DNA of 64,000 nt from Candidatus Omnitrophota bacterium. GTDB taxonomy: Bacteria > Omnitrophota > Gorgyraeia > Gygaellales > JBFMHM01. The notes under the pieces were generated by a model. It was not told where the DNA came from and did not search any database. It was given only the letters and a program-made list of their open reading frames with translations. Position 1 is the first letter of the stretch, and every line of letters starts with the position of its first letter. The translations under genes were made by a program, and so were the position numbers. The stretch is taken from assembly GCA_040753015.1 (NCBI GenBank), contig JBFMHM010000001.1, positions 8,193-72,192 of the forward strand, written 5' to 3'. Positions 19,585-29,923 of the stretch are shown here, one piece after another.

Positions 19585-20301
19585 ATGACAAAGCTAGGTG
19601 TTAATATTGACCATATTGCTTCGATAAGAAACTTGCGTTCTGGAGTTGAACCAGAGCCCGTTACTGCTAGCTGTATTTGTGAGCTAGCAGGTGCAGATAG
19701 TATTGTTGTGCATCTTAGAGAGGACCGAAGACATATAAAAGACAGGGATCTATTTATTTTAAAACATATAGTGAAAACAAAATTAAATCTTGAAATGAGC
19801 ATATCAAAAGAAATCGTTGATATTGCCTGCCAAGTTAAACCTAACCAAGCTACGTTAGTACCTGAAAGACGGCTTGAAATAACAACTGAAGGCGGATTAG
19901 ATGTAATAAAATACAAAAGTCAAATTAGAAACATTATTAAAAAACTTAAAAAAAATAATATTGAAGTTAGTCTATTTATTGATCCTGACAATAGGCAGAT
20001 AACCGCTTCAAAAGAAATTGGCGTAAAAATAGTTGAATTACATACTGGCAAATATGCAAATTCTTCTAGCGAAAAATTAAAAAATAGATTTTTAGAAGAA
20101 TTGACTAACTCGGTAAATTTTGCAAGAGAATTGGGTTTAACAATAAACGCAGGGCACGGGCTTAATTATTATAATGTAAAACCTATTGCACAAATTCAAG
20201 GAATCGAAGAATTGAATATCGGTTATTCTATTATTTGTCGCGCTGCTATTGTTGGACTAGAAAAAGCCGTAAGAGATATGATAAAAATAATAAATAAATG
20301 A
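19585..20301 (+). CDS. pdxJ: pyridoxine 5'-phosphate synthase
   Basis: The sequence LGVNIDHIASIRNLR...GADSIVVHLREDRRHI is the PdxJ signature. Confidence 0.92.
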   Translation: MTKLGVNIDHIASIRNLRSGVEPEPVTASCICELAGADSIVVHLREDRRHIKDRDLFILKHIVKTKLNLEMSISKEIVDIACQVKPNQATLVPERRLEITTEGGLDVIKYKSQIRNIIKKLKKNNIEVSLFIDPDNRQITASKEIGVKIVELHTGKYANSSSEKLKNRFLEELTNSVNFARELGLTINAGHGLNYYNVKPIAQIQGIEELNIGYSIICRAAIVGLEKAVRDMIKIINK

Positions 20302-20657
20302 TTACAGGATGCGGAATAGATATAGTAGAGGTTAAGAGAATAAAAAACGCTGTTAACAAGTGGGGTAAAGAATTTTTAAAAAGAATTTTTACGGAACGCG
20401 AGCTTGAATGTGCAAAAAATAGAAACTTCAATTTTGAACATCTTGCCGGACGGTTTGCTGTTAAAGAAGCTGTAGTTAAAGCCCTAAATGACGGTAAAAC
20501 CACTTTCCGTGATATAGAGGTTTTAAATAAAAAAGATGGTATGCCTTATTGTATAATAAAAACTATTTCATATAAAAAAGACTCTGATATTTTAATTTCT
20601 ATTTCTCACATAAAAACTCATGCAATTGCCAACGCAATTATTCAAACGAAAAGCTGA
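20298..20657 (+). CDS. acpS: holo-[acyl-carrier-protein] synthase
   Basis: The N-terminus GCGIDIVEVKRI and FAVKEAVVKAL are the AcpS signatures. The gene is 119 aa. Confidence 0.9.
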   Translation: MITGCGIDIVEVKRIKNAVNKWGKEFLKRIFTERELECAKNRNFNFEHLAGRFAVKEAVVKALNDGKTTFRDIEVLNKKDGMPYCIIKTISYKKDSDILISISHIKTHAIANAIIQTKS

Positions 20658-21489
20658 TTCCCATAAGAATAATTTCGGCCATATATTTATTTTAGCTGGC
20701 TCTTATGGTTTAACCGGCGCGGGCATTCTGGCAAGCCAAGCAGCTATGCGCTCAGGCGCCGGGTTGGTTACACTAGGGATACCTAAAAGCTTAAATCAAA
20801 TTATCGCTTCCCGCTTATTAGAAGCGATGACAAAACCCTTTAAAGAAACAGATCGCAAAACACTAAGCATAGAGGCTTATTCAGAAATCATTAAATTTAT
20901 AACAAAAGTTAACGTACTAGTAATTGGCCCCGGGCTCTCACAGAATAAATCTACTGCTAAGTTAATAAGAAAATTATTATCTTCTAGAATTAATATTCCT
21001 ATTGTTATTGATGCAGATGCAATTAATGCTTGTGGAGGGTATTTAAAAATTTTATGCCGAACAAAAAAAAGAATAATTATAACCCCTCATCCGGGTGAAT
21101 TTTCTCGCCTGATTAATAAACCAATAGAATACATACAAAAAAACCGGTTAACGCTCGCTAGAGAATTCGCAAAAAAATATAATTTAACAGTAATTTTAAA
21201 AGGCCATAATACTATTGTTTGTAATCAAAAAGGTGAAATTTATATAAACAAAACGGGGAACCCTGGAATGGCTACAGCTGGATCGGGCGATGTATTAAGT
21301 GGAATCATTGGCGCCCTGCTAAGTCAAGGGCTTAGCGAATTTAATGCCAGCGTATTAGCTGTTTATATTCACGGGCTTAGCGGTGATTTAGCAAAAGAAG
21401 AGATAGGAGAGATTAGCCTAATTGCAAGCGATCTTATAAATTTTCTTCCCAAAGCTTTTAAAAAATTATATAATACACAAACAATATGA
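20620..21489 (+). CDS. nnrD: ADP-dependent (S)-NAD(P)H-hydrate dehydratase (YjeF C-terminal domain)
   Basis: The sequence HKNNFGHIFILAGSYGLTGAGILAS...GSGDVLSGIIGALL is the carbohydrate-kinase-like Nnr2 signature. Confidence 0.85.
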   Translation: MQLPTQLFKRKADSHKNNFGHIFILAGSYGLTGAGILASQAAMRSGAGLVTLGIPKSLNQIIASRLLEAMTKPFKETDRKTLSIEAYSEIIKFITKVNVLVIGPGLSQNKSTAKLIRKLLSSRINIPIVIDADAINACGGYLKILCRTKKRIIITPHPGEFSRLINKPIEYIQKNRLTLAREFAKKYNLTVILKGHNTIVCNQKGEIYINKTGNPGMATAGSGDVLSGIIGALLSQGLSEFNASVLAVYIHGLSGDLAKEEIGEISLIASDLINFLPKAFKKLYNTQTI

Positions 21490-21917
21490 AACATAAAATT
21501 TATTATCTGTTTATAATAGGATTATTTTTGAGTGGCTGTGTATTAGTTGAGCCATTTAAAAAATTTTTAGGAACTTCTACTCAGAGCTTAGAAAAAGCTA
21601 AGTCAAGCGGCGTGTCTAAAATTTATGACTATAAAAAAGAAGTTTGTTTTAATAAAACACTTACAGTATTAAAAAATATGCAGGCGTATATCTTTATCGA
21701 AGATAGGCAAAAAAGTGTTATTGTCGTAATGAACCTAAGGAAAAGCGAGGATTTAAAAAAACAAGATGAGACAGATACAACCGAACTTGGTATTTTCTTT
21801 GAGAAGCAGGAGCTAAACAAAACAAAGATTACCATAACAAGCTTGAGTAAAGTTTTGCTTAGTGAATATTCGCAAAAGATTTTTGATAATTTAGATAAAG
21901 AATTGGCTGGGAAATAA
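21486..21917 (+). CDS. hypothetical lipoprotein
   Basis: A signal peptide with the lipobox LFLSGC is present. There are no other motifs. Confidence 0.5.
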   Translation: MKHKIYYLFIIGLFLSGCVLVEPFKKFLGTSTQSLEKAKSSGVSKIYDYKKEVCFNKTLTVLKNMQAYIFIEDRQKSVIVVMNLRKSEDLKKQDETDTTELGIFFEKQELNKTKITITSLSKVLLSEYSQKIFDNLDKELAGK

Positions 21918-21945
21918 TATAATAACAAAACCGCGTAATATTTAT

Positions 21946-22018
21946 GCTGGCGTAGCTCAGTCGGTAGAGCAGCTGTTTTGTAAACAGCGGGTCGGGGGTT
22001 CGATTCCTCTCGCCAGCT
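21946..22018 (+). tRNA. tRNA-Thr (anticodon TGT)
   Basis: By hand-fold, the acceptor stem is GCTGGCG/CGCCAGC, the anticodon stem GCTGT/ACAGC with loop TTTGTAA, and the T loop TTCGATT. Confidence 0.85.
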
Positions 22019-22039
22019 TACTGATTTATTTGACAATTC

Positions 22040-22122
<83 letters not shown>

Positions 22123-22164
22123 TAGAAAATTGAACAATAGGTTTGATTTAAGAAAGGATGGTTT

Positions 22165-22764
22165 ATGATAAAAATTATTGATCTATTCTATAAAACTATA
22201 ACAAAACCAAACGAAGCTTTTAAAAGAATAAAAGAAGAAAAACCCATTACAGATGCTTTTATAATTTTTTTCATATATGCTTTTGTAAATTATTTTATAT
22301 CTAAGATTTCAATTATGAAAAATCCGGAATTATTCAAAGAATTAGTAGGACCACAAGCAAAACTCATTTTTAATCCTATTATAAGCATAATATCAAGTGC
22401 GATCTGGCTTTTTATTTTTAACGGAATTTTGCTATTTTTTGTAAAAAAGAAAAATAATTCTTTAAAATATTCTGATATACTAACATTAGATTTTTTTACA
22501 CTTACTCCTATTATTTTATTATTTATCCCTCAATTGTTATTATTAAAATTACACTTATTTTCGCTCGTCTATTTTATGAGTTTTATTCAACTAATCTGGT
22601 GTTTAATATTATTAATTATAGGTATTAAAGTATTTATTTCACTTGAGACGAAAGATGCATTAATTATTTATATAAAAAGCTCTCTGATATTTGCTCTGGT
22701 TATATTAATATCTATATTTCTTTCAACAAAACTTATTGGTTCTGGGATTTATCCAATAAAATGA
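22165..22764 (+). CDS. Yip1-family integral membrane protein
   Basis: The N-terminus DLFYKTITKPNEAFKRIKEE is followed by five transmembrane helices, which is the Yip1/DUF1282 architecture. The gene is inserted between tRNA-Tyr and tRNA-Gly. Confidence 0.5.
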   Translation: MIKIIDLFYKTITKPNEAFKRIKEEKPITDAFIIFFIYAFVNYFISKISIMKNPELFKELVGPQAKLIFNPIISIISSAIWLFIFNGILLFFVKKKNNSLKYSDILTLDFFTLTPIILLFIPQLLLLKLHLFSLVYFMSFIQLIWCLILLIIGIKVFISLETKDALIIYIKSSLIFALVILISIFLSTKLIGSGIYPIK

Positions 22765-22769
22765 AAACT

Positions 22770-22840
22770 GCGGGTGTAGTTCAATGGTAGAACAATAGCC
22801 TTCCAAGCTATATATGACGGTTCGATTCCGTTCACCCGCT
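22770..22840 (+). tRNA. tRNA-Gly (anticodon TCC)
   Basis: The acceptor stem is GCGGGTG/CACCCGC, the anticodon stem ATAGC/GCTAT with loop CTTCCAA, and the T loop TTCGATT. Confidence 0.85.
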
Positions 22841-22847
22841 CTAAAAG

Positions 22848-23588
22848 ATGATTGAACAATTCCTAACTCCAGTTTATATCGAAGCCTTTGACCTAAACGA
22901 TGCCTGGTTTCAATGTTTATCGGCAATTTTAGAAAAAGGATATACTTATATAATTAAACAAGGTAGCTACGAAGGCCAACGGCGCCTAGAATTTGATTTT
23001 GTTACTATTAGAGTAAAACGTCCGGCACATCAAATAATCCCAATTATACCGGAAGGAATGCCAATTCCCGCGCCTACTGATATGAATTATATCGAGGGTT
23101 ATCTATCCTATCTTTTAACAGGCGCAAAGACCGAAAGCGAAGATTACACTTACGGAGAAAGATTAGTATCTCCAAAAATAAGACTGCCCGAGAATAACGG
23201 CCTTTACAAAGAAATACCTATCGGCCCTAGCCAAATTGAAGAAGTAATAAAAATGTATAAAGATAAGGGCGAAGGAACAAATCAAGCTGTAATGGAAATT
23301 GGTATGCCCTCTGACATAGTACTTACAGATCCTCCTTGTTTAAGAATTATAGATACGCGCCTTCGCTATGGAAAATTACATTTTATATTATACTTTCGTT
23401 CTTGGGACCTTTGGGGAGGCTTCCCGTCGAATATGGGAGGCCTTGAACTTGTGAAGCAATATATGGCTAGCGAAATCGGCGTAGAGAATGGAGAGATCAT
23501 CGCTGTGAGCAAAGGCCTACACCTATATGAATATGCATGGGAACTTGCAAAACTAAGAACAAATAAGAATGATTTAAAAATAGTTTAA
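22848..23588 (+). CDS. thymidylate synthase-fold protein, short archaeal/methanogen-type ThyA-like
   Basis: The sequence DPPCLRIIDTRLRYGKLHFILYFRSWDLWGGFPSNMGGLELV aligns with the ThyA active-site region (PCH...GKL...RS.D...G.P.N). It is 246 aa, shorter than bacterial ThyA. Confidence 0.55.
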   Translation: MIEQFLTPVYIEAFDLNDAWFQCLSAILEKGYTYIIKQGSYEGQRRLEFDFVTIRVKRPAHQIIPIIPEGMPIPAPTDMNYIEGYLSYLLTGAKTESEDYTYGERLVSPKIRLPENNGLYKEIPIGPSQIEEVIKMYKDKGEGTNQAVMEIGMPSDIVLTDPPCLRIIDTRLRYGKLHFILYFRSWDLWGGFPSNMGGLELVKQYMASEIGVENGEIIAVSKGLHLYEYAWELAKLRTNKNDLKIV

Positions 23589-23589
23589 A

Positions 23590-24597
23590 ATGCAAAAACA
23601 AGTAAAAAAAATCTGTGTTTTAGGAGATGGCGGATGGGGAACAGCGTTAGCGATTATGCTTTCAAATAAAAACTATGACGTTACTATCTGGGGAGCATTT
23701 CCGGATTACTTAGACTACTTAAGAAAAAACAGGAATAATATCCGTTATTTACCGCAAATCAAAATTCCTACAAAAATCAAATTTAATTCTGATATAAATG
23801 AATCTGTTAAAAACTCCGAAATAATAATTTTAGCAATTCCTTCTCAATTTATGCGTAAGGTTATAAAAAAAATTAAAACAGCATGTTTAAAAGAAAAGGT
23901 TTTCGTCAGTCTGACTAAAGGCATAGAAAATAAATCGTTGAAGAGAATGAGCGAGGTTATTTTTGAAGAACTAGGTAGTATTAATTTAGCAGTTCTTTCT
24001 GGTCCAACAATTGCAGATGAAGTTGCAAAACAAATTCCGACAACTGCCGTTATTGCCTCAAGCAATAAAAAGTTATCAAAACTACTACAAGAAGTCTTTA
24101 TGACTAAATTTTTTAGGATTTATACGTCATCTGATATTATTGGCGTAGAACTTGGCGGAAGCCTAAAAAATATAATCGCTATTGCCTGCGGTATTTCCGA
24201 CGGATTAGGTTTTGGTACAAATACAAAAGCTGCTATTCTTTCTAGAGGGCTGGCAGAAATTATACGCCTAGGAAAAAAATTAGGTGCAAAAGAAGAAACC
24301 TTTTCAGGATTAACAGGTTTAGGCGATCTAGTTACAACCTGCATTAATCCAAAGAGTCGGAATCATTATGTAGGCGAAGAAATAGGTAAAGGGAAGAGCT
24401 TAAAAACCATTTTAAAAAATTTTAAAATGGTTGCTGAAGGTGTGCCTACAGCAAAAAGTGCATATATATTAAGCAATAAATTCAATGTTGAGATGCCTAT
24501 CTCGGAACAAGTTTATCTTGTACTTTATAAAAATAAATCTCCAAAGCAAGCTGTATTTGACCTAATGACTCGCGCGAAAAAACATGAAACAGCTTAA
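23590..24597 (+). CDS. gpsA: NAD(P)H-dependent glycerol-3-phosphate dehydrogenase
   Basis: The Rossmann motif KICVLGDGGWGTALA is present and the GpsA C-terminal domain follows. Confidence 0.92.
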   Translation: MQKQVKKICVLGDGGWGTALAIMLSNKNYDVTIWGAFPDYLDYLRKNRNNIRYLPQIKIPTKIKFNSDINESVKNSEIIILAIPSQFMRKVIKKIKTACLKEKVFVSLTKGIENKSLKRMSEVIFEELGSINLAVLSGPTIADEVAKQIPTTAVIASSNKKLSKLLQEVFMTKFFRIYTSSDIIGVELGGSLKNIIAIACGISDGLGFGTNTKAAILSRGLAEIIRLGKKLGAKEETFSGLTGLGDLVTTCINPKSRNHYVGEEIGKGKSLKTILKNFKMVAEGVPTAKSAYILSNKFNVEMPISEQVYLVLYKNKSPKQAVFDLMTRAKKHETA

Positions 24598-24649
24598 ATT
24601 CACCCTTTACAATAATCAAAAAAATAGTTATAATTAATAAAATTTGTAA

Positions 24650-24724
24650 CGGGGAGTGGCTCAGCTTGGCTAGAGCGCTTGAATGGGGTTCAAGAGGTCA
24701 TGAGTTCAAATCTCATCTCCCCGA
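24650..24724 (+). tRNA. tRNA-Pro (anticodon GGG)
   Basis: The acceptor stem is CGGGGAG/CTCCCCG with the C1-G72 pair typical of tRNA-Pro. The anticodon stem is CTTGA/TCAAG with loop ATGGGGT (G37). The T arm is ATGAG-TTCAAAT-CTCAT. Confidence 0.8.
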
Positions 24725-24742
24725 TAGAACTAAAATAATGAG

Positions 24743-25105
24743 GTGCCTATGACATATTCCGGTCCTGATCGAAGAAAACATGAGAGGATTAGTAAAAAAT
24801 TTATCGTAACCTATAAAGTTAGAGACGAAATGAATAATTATGACATCACTCAGACAAAAAATGTTAGTCTCGGCGGCATGCTTATTTCGACAAACAGATC
24901 ATTTAAATCCGGCACAATCCTTTCTCTAGAAACCAGGCTTCCATTCGTACCAGACAAAATTATACTTTATGCTAAAGTTATTGAATCAAAAGAAGTCGTC
25001 GAAGGCCTAATTTATGACACACGATTATGTTTTCAAGAACTAGATAAACAATCTAAGGAATCGTTAGAAAAAGCAGTTAGTTTTTATCTAAAACCTAAGG
25101 ATTAA
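24743..25105 (+). CDS. PilZ-domain (c-di-GMP-binding) protein
   Basis: The RxxxR motif (RRKHER) and the (D/N)xSxGG motif (NVSLGGM) are both present. The gene is 120 aa. Confidence 0.7.
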   Translation: MPMTYSGPDRRKHERISKKFIVTYKVRDEMNNYDITQTKNVSLGGMLISTNRSFKSGTILSLETRLPFVPDKIILYAKVIESKEVVEGLIYDTRLCFQELDKQSKESLEKAVSFYLKPKD

Positions 25106-25109
25106 TATA

Positions 25110-26405
25110 ATGAACAAAATTAACATTGGTTTAATTGGGTGTGGAGAAATAGGCAGCGGCGTTGTAAAAATTTTGAATGAAAGAAAAACTCTATTAAAAC
25201 AAAAAATCGGCGTGGAACTTGTATTAAAAAAAATCTGCGATAAGAATCTAAATTATAAACGCCGTGTAAAAATTAACCTTGGGTTATTAACAAAAAATGT
25301 TCGCGAGATATTAGATGACCCGCAAATAGATATAGTTGTTGAATTAATCGGCGGCATCAATCCTGCAAAAGATTTTATAATAGAAGCGCTTAAAAAATCT
25401 AAATATGTAGTAACTGCAAATAAGGCGCTGCTTGCTACTTTTGGCAAAGAACTTTTCGATGCCGCAAGGACAGCTAATAAGAATATTTATTTTGAGGCAT
25501 CAGTGGCCGGAGGCATACCGGTCATAAAAAGTATAAAAGAAGGGCTAGTTGCAAATAGATTTCTTGGGATTTATGGTATTGTAAACGGGACGTGTAATTA
25601 TATTTTATCAAAAATGTCTCAAGATGGATTATCGTTTGCCGAAAGCTTAAAAGAAGCAAAGAAAAAAGGTTTCGCAGAAAAAAATCCTCGATTAGATTTA
25701 GAAGGCATTGATTCGGCCCATAAATTAATACTTCTTACCTATCTTGCATTTGGCAGATTAATACCGCTAGAACATATTAGAGTAGAAGGCATAACCCATA
25801 TTTCATTATCTGATATAAGATATGCTGATGAACTAAATCTGGCGATAAAATTACTGGCTATTGCCAAAAAAGAAGGCAACAAACTTGATGTCAGAGTACA
25901 CCCAACGCTTATTCATAAGAAACATTTACTTGCCTCTGTAAAATGGGAATATAATGCAATCTATGTTTCTAGCGATCTTGCCGGAAAACAATTATTTTAT
26001 GGAAAGGGTGCTGGGCAATTGCCTACGGCGTCTGCCGTAGTAAGCGACCTGGTTGACTTAGCCAAAGATATAAAAGCCGGGCTTTTCAGGCCTACACTAG
26101 AAATAAATCCTGATACGAGTGTAAAACTCCTACAAGATAAGGACAACATAGAAAGCCGTTATTATATTCGCTTTGTTGCGGTTGATAAACCGGGCGTCCT
26201 TGCTCAAATTGCAGGAATATTAGCTAAGTTTAATATTAGCATAGCTTCTGTAACGCAAAAAGAAAAAGATAGAGCAAAAGTTGTTCCAGTGGTAATGATA
26301 ACCCACGAAGTTAAAGAGGGGCTTATGCGACGTGCACTTGAAAGAATTGATAACCTCGCCCTGGTAAAGGGAAAAACTGTAGCTATAAGAATGGAAGATC
26401 TCTAA
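25110..26405 (+). CDS. hom: homoserine dehydrogenase (with C-terminal ACT domain)
   Basis: The Rossmann motif [13 protein letters not shown] is present, together with the homoserine dehydrogenase catalytic region and an ACT-like C-terminus. Confidence 0.92.
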   Translation: MNKINIGLIGCGEIGSGVVKILNERKTLLKQKIGVELVLKKICDKNLNYKRRVKINLGLLTKNVREILDDPQIDIVVELIGGINPAKDFIIEALKKSKYVVTANKALLATFGKELFDAARTANKNIYFEASVAGGIPVIKSIKEGLVANRFLGIYGIVNGTCNYILSKMSQDGLSFAESLKEAKKKGFAEKNPRLDLEGIDSAHKLILLTYLAFGRLIPLEHIRVEGITHISLSDIRYADELNLAIKLLAIAKKEGNKLDVRVHPTLIHKKHLLASVKWEYNAIYVSSDLAGKQLFYGKGAGQLPTASAVVSDLVDLAKDIKAGLFRPTLEINPDTSVKLLQDKDNIESRYYIRFVAVDKPGVLAQIAGILAKFNISIASVTQKEKDRAKVVPVVMITHEVKEGLMRRALERIDNLALVKGKTVAIRMEDL

Positions 26406-27463
26406 TGTTAGGCTGCGGTATAATATCCAGATATAAAGCTTATCTTCCTGTAAGCTCAAAAACCCCTATAATTACGCTTAACGAAGGCAACACGCCTTTG
26501 ATATTCGCTCCATATTTAAGTAAACTAACTGGCAAAAATTATCAAGTATACCTAAAATACGAAGGATTAAACCCTACTGGCTCTTTTAAAGATCGCGGTA
26601 TGACTATGGCAATATCTAAAGCAAAAGAAGAAGGCGCAAAAGCGGTAATTTGCGCATCTACTGGAAACACATCCGCTTCTGCTGCTGCATATTCAGCAAA
26701 AGCTAATATTAACTGCATTGTCTTAATTCCCGAGGGGGCAATCGCTCTCGGTAAACTTGCTCAAGCTCTAATTCATGGAGCAAACGTAATCGCAATAAAA
26801 GGAAATTTTGACAAAGCTCTAGAACTTGTAAAACAAATATCTATGAATTACCCTGTAAAATTAGTCAATTCTATAAATCCCTACCGCATTGAAGGACAGA
26901 AAACTGCCAGCTTTGAAATATGTGATTTTTTAGGATATGCACCAGATTATCATATATTGCCTGTTGGTAATGCTGGGAATATTACTGCTTATTGGAAGGG
27001 CTATTGTGAATATAGGATGTTTGGGAAAATTAAATCCTTACCAAAAATGCTTGGTTTTCAAGCGAGCAATTCGGCGCCGATTGTAAAAGGGCATGCAATT
27101 AAAAATCCAAAAACAATCGCAACAGCAATAAAAATTGGTAACCCTGCAAGCTGGCTGGGAGCAATCAAAGCAAGAGATGATTCCGGAGGATTAATAGAAG
27201 CGGTAACAGATAAAGAAATAATTAATGCCTATAAAACACTTGCTTCTAATGAAGGAATTTTTGCCGAACCAGCGTCCTGCGCATCAATTGCCGGTTTAAT
27301 CAAATTGATAAAAAATAAATACTTCAAAAAATCTTCAACAATTGTTTGCACCTTAACTGGCCATGGCTTAAAAGACCCTGAGCGAGCAATAAAAAGTGTA
27401 AAAAAACCAAAAATTTTAAAACCTGAAATTAAAAATTTATTAAAAGAATTAAACCTAAAATGA
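26405..27463 (+). CDS. thrC: threonine synthase
   Basis: The PLP-lysine region [32 protein letters not shown] is the ThrC signature. Confidence 0.93.
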   Translation: MLGCGIISRYKAYLPVSSKTPIITLNEGNTPLIFAPYLSKLTGKNYQVYLKYEGLNPTGSFKDRGMTMAISKAKEEGAKAVICASTGNTSASAAAYSAKANINCIVLIPEGAIALGKLAQALIHGANVIAIKGNFDKALELVKQISMNYPVKLVNSINPYRIEGQKTASFEICDFLGYAPDYHILPVGNAGNITAYWKGYCEYRMFGKIKSLPKMLGFQASNSAPIVKGHAIKNPKTIATAIKIGNPASWLGAIKARDDSGGLIEAVTDKEIINAYKTLASNEGIFAEPASCASIAGLIKLIKNKYFKKSSTIVCTLTGHGLKDPERAIKSVKKPKILKPEIKNLLKELNLK

Positions 27464-28686
27464 AATACATAGTCATCATTCCCGACGGTATGGCCGATTA
27501 TCCTCTAGAGAAACTTGGCGGGAAAACTCCCCTTGAAGCTGCCCGTAAACCTAATATGGATAATCTAGCAAAGTTAGGGCAAATAGGTATGACAAAAACT
27601 GTCCCGGAAGGATTAACACCTGCTTCTGATGTTGCAAATCTATCAATTTTCGGCTATGATCCAGATAAATTTTATTCTGGGCGCGGCCCGCTAGAAGCTG
27701 CAAATCTTGGAATTAAACTTGCAATAAACGAAATTGCTTTTAGGTGTAATTTTGTTACTGTTGAAAATGACACTATGGTAGATTATAGCGCAGGCCACAT
27801 AAGCTCTGAAGAAGCAAAGGTGTTAATTGATTTTTTAAATAAAAAATTATCGGATAAACATGTAAAATTCTATCCAGGGATAAGTTATCGCAATATCCTA
27901 GTAATAGATGAAGGGCTAGGCCTCGATTATAAAAACCTAAACTGTACTGCTCCTCATGATATTATGGAAAAAAATGTTATTAAAAATTACCCTAAGGGCA
28001 ATGGTAATAATATACTGATAAATCTAATGGAAAAATCAAAAGAATTGCTTGCTAACCATGACATAAATCATGTCAGGATAGATTTAAAAGAAAACCCGGC
28101 AAATATGATTTGGCTCTGGGGCCAAGGAAAAACTCCGATATTGCCAAAATTTAAAGAAAAATATAATGTTACAGGTGGAGTTATATCTGCTGTAGATTTA
28201 ATAAGAGGAATGGGTAAAATACTCGGATTAAAAAGTGAAAAAGTCAGCGGGGCAACTGGCTATTATGATACAGATTACCAGGCTAAAGCAAAAGCTGCTC
28301 TAGAAATATTAGAAAATAATGATTTTGTTTATATTCATATTGAATCGCCTGATGAAGCAGGGCATAATGGTAATCTACAGGAAAAAATATTAGGTATTGA
28401 AAGGATTGATAAATTTATCTTGGGGCCTATAATCAACGCTTTAAAAAATAAAAATGAGAATTTTCGAATATTGGTTATGCCAGATCATGCAACACCGATT
28501 AAACTTAAAACTCATACTGCAGATGATGTATGTTATTTAATTGCTGGAGAGGGCATTCCTGCTTCAGGCAAAGAAACATTTAACGAGAAAGAAGCAAAAG
28601 AGACTGGATTATATTTTAAACATGCACATAATATAATGAATTATTTAATAAATTTAACTCGGGAAGAACCTGAAAAAAATATTTAA
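27460..28686 (+). CDS. cofactor-independent phosphoglycerate mutase homolog (archaeal ApgM type) embedded in threonine operon; probable non-orthologous homoserine kinase
   Basis: The N-terminus [16 protein letters not shown]...[13 protein letters not shown] and the metalloenzyme domain are ApgM-like. It sits between thrC and lysC, where thrB would be expected. No canonical thrB is present in the operon. Confidence 0.8.
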   Translation: MKYIVIIPDGMADYPLEKLGGKTPLEAARKPNMDNLAKLGQIGMTKTVPEGLTPASDVANLSIFGYDPDKFYSGRGPLEAANLGIKLAINEIAFRCNFVTVENDTMVDYSAGHISSEEAKVLIDFLNKKLSDKHVKFYPGISYRNILVIDEGLGLDYKNLNCTAPHDIMEKNVIKNYPKGNGNNILINLMEKSKELLANHDINHVRIDLKENPANMIWLWGQGKTPILPKFKEKYNVTGGVISAVDLIRGMGKILGLKSEKVSGATGYYDTDYQAKAKAALEILENNDFVYIHIESPDEAGHNGNLQEKILGIERIDKFILGPIINALKNKNENFRILVMPDHATPIKLKTHTADDVCYLIAGEGIPASGKETFNEKEAKETGLYFKHAHNIMNYLINLTREEPEKNI

Positions 28687-28696
28687 TAATTAATAT

Positions 28697-29923
28697 ATGC
28701 GAAATAAATTAATTGTACAGAAATTTGGAGGTTCCTCTGTAAGTAGCATAGAAAGAATTAAAAACGCTGCTTTAAGGGCTTTGAGTTACGCTAAAAAAGG
28801 TTATAAACTAGTTATTGTTGTTTCTGCAATGGGAGATACAACTGATGAATTAATTGATTTATCGAGCCAAATTACAAAAAATCCTAACCCGCGCGAGATG
28901 GATATGCTACTCTCAACAGGTGAGCAAGTATCAAGCGCACTTCTTGCTATGTCATTGCAAAAGCTGGGCCTTAAAGCAATATCCTTGACTGGCTGGCAAA
29001 GCGGCATAGCAAGTGAAGACGTCCATGGAAAAGCAAGAATTATAAAAATTACACCAAAAAGAATTGAAGAAGAATTAAAACATAATAAAATAGTCGTAGT
29101 AACCGGCTTTCAGGGAATTAATTCAAAAGAAGATATTGCCACATTAGGCCGAGGAGGATCAGATTTATCAGCGGTAGCTCTTGCCTATGCATTAGACGCA
29201 AAAATATGTGAAATTTATACAGACGTAAACGGGATTTATACAACTGACCCGCGTATTGAGCCAAAAGCAAAAAAAATAAAACAGATAACTTACGATGAAA
29301 TGCTTGAGATGGCATCATTAGGCGCTCAAGTAATGCAAGCACGTTCAATTCTATTTGCTAAAAAATTCGGCGTAACAATACATGTTAGGTCATCACTTAA
29401 TAAAAAAGCGGGAACGGTTATTTTGAGGGAGGCAAAAATGCTTGAAGAATCGGTTGTAAGCGCTGTAACCTTAAATCAAAGCGAAGCAAAGATTACGATC
29501 TGCGACGTACCCGATAAGCCCGGAATCGCCGCAACAATATTTAAAGAAATTTCAAAAGAAGGCGTTAATGTTGATATGATTGTACAAAATGTTTCCCGCG
29601 CCTCTACTACTGATTTATCTTTTACGGTATCAAAAGGTGAATTAAAACGAGCCTTACGAACGTCAAGGAAAGCAGCTAATAAAATCGGCGCAGGAAAAGT
29701 ATTTTTTGACTCTGATATTGCAAGAGTCTCTATAGTCGGCGTAGGCATGAGATCACATTCTGGCATTGCCTCAAAAATGTTTGAAATACTAGCAGATAAT
29801 AATATCAACATTGAAATGATCTCTACTTCGGAAATATCAATTAGCTGTATCATTCAAAAGAAATTTGGTAAAAAAGCAGTACAGGTGCTTCATGATAAAT
29901 TTGGCTTAGGAGTCAAACAGTGA
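28697..29923 (+). CDS. lysC: aspartate kinase (with two ACT domains)
   Basis: The N-terminus KLIVQKFGGSSVSS, the kinase domain and C-terminal ACT repeats are present. Confidence 0.93.
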   Translation: MRNKLIVQKFGGSSVSSIERIKNAALRALSYAKKGYKLVIVVSAMGDTTDELIDLSSQITKNPNPREMDMLLSTGEQVSSALLAMSLQKLGLKAISLTGWQSGIASEDVHGKARIIKITPKRIEEELKHNKIVVVTGFQGINSKEDIATLGRGGSDLSAVALAYALDAKICEIYTDVNGIYTTDPRIEPKAKKIKQITYDEMLEMASLGAQVMQARSILFAKKFGVTIHVRSSLNKKAGTVILREAKMLEESVVSAVTLNQSEAKITICDVPDKPGIAATIFKEISKEGVNVDMIVQNVSRASTTDLSFTVSKGELKRALRTSRKAANKIGAGKVFFDSDIARVSIVGVGMRSHSGIASKMFEILADNNINIEMISTSEISISCIIQKKFGKKAVQVLHDKFGLGVKQ

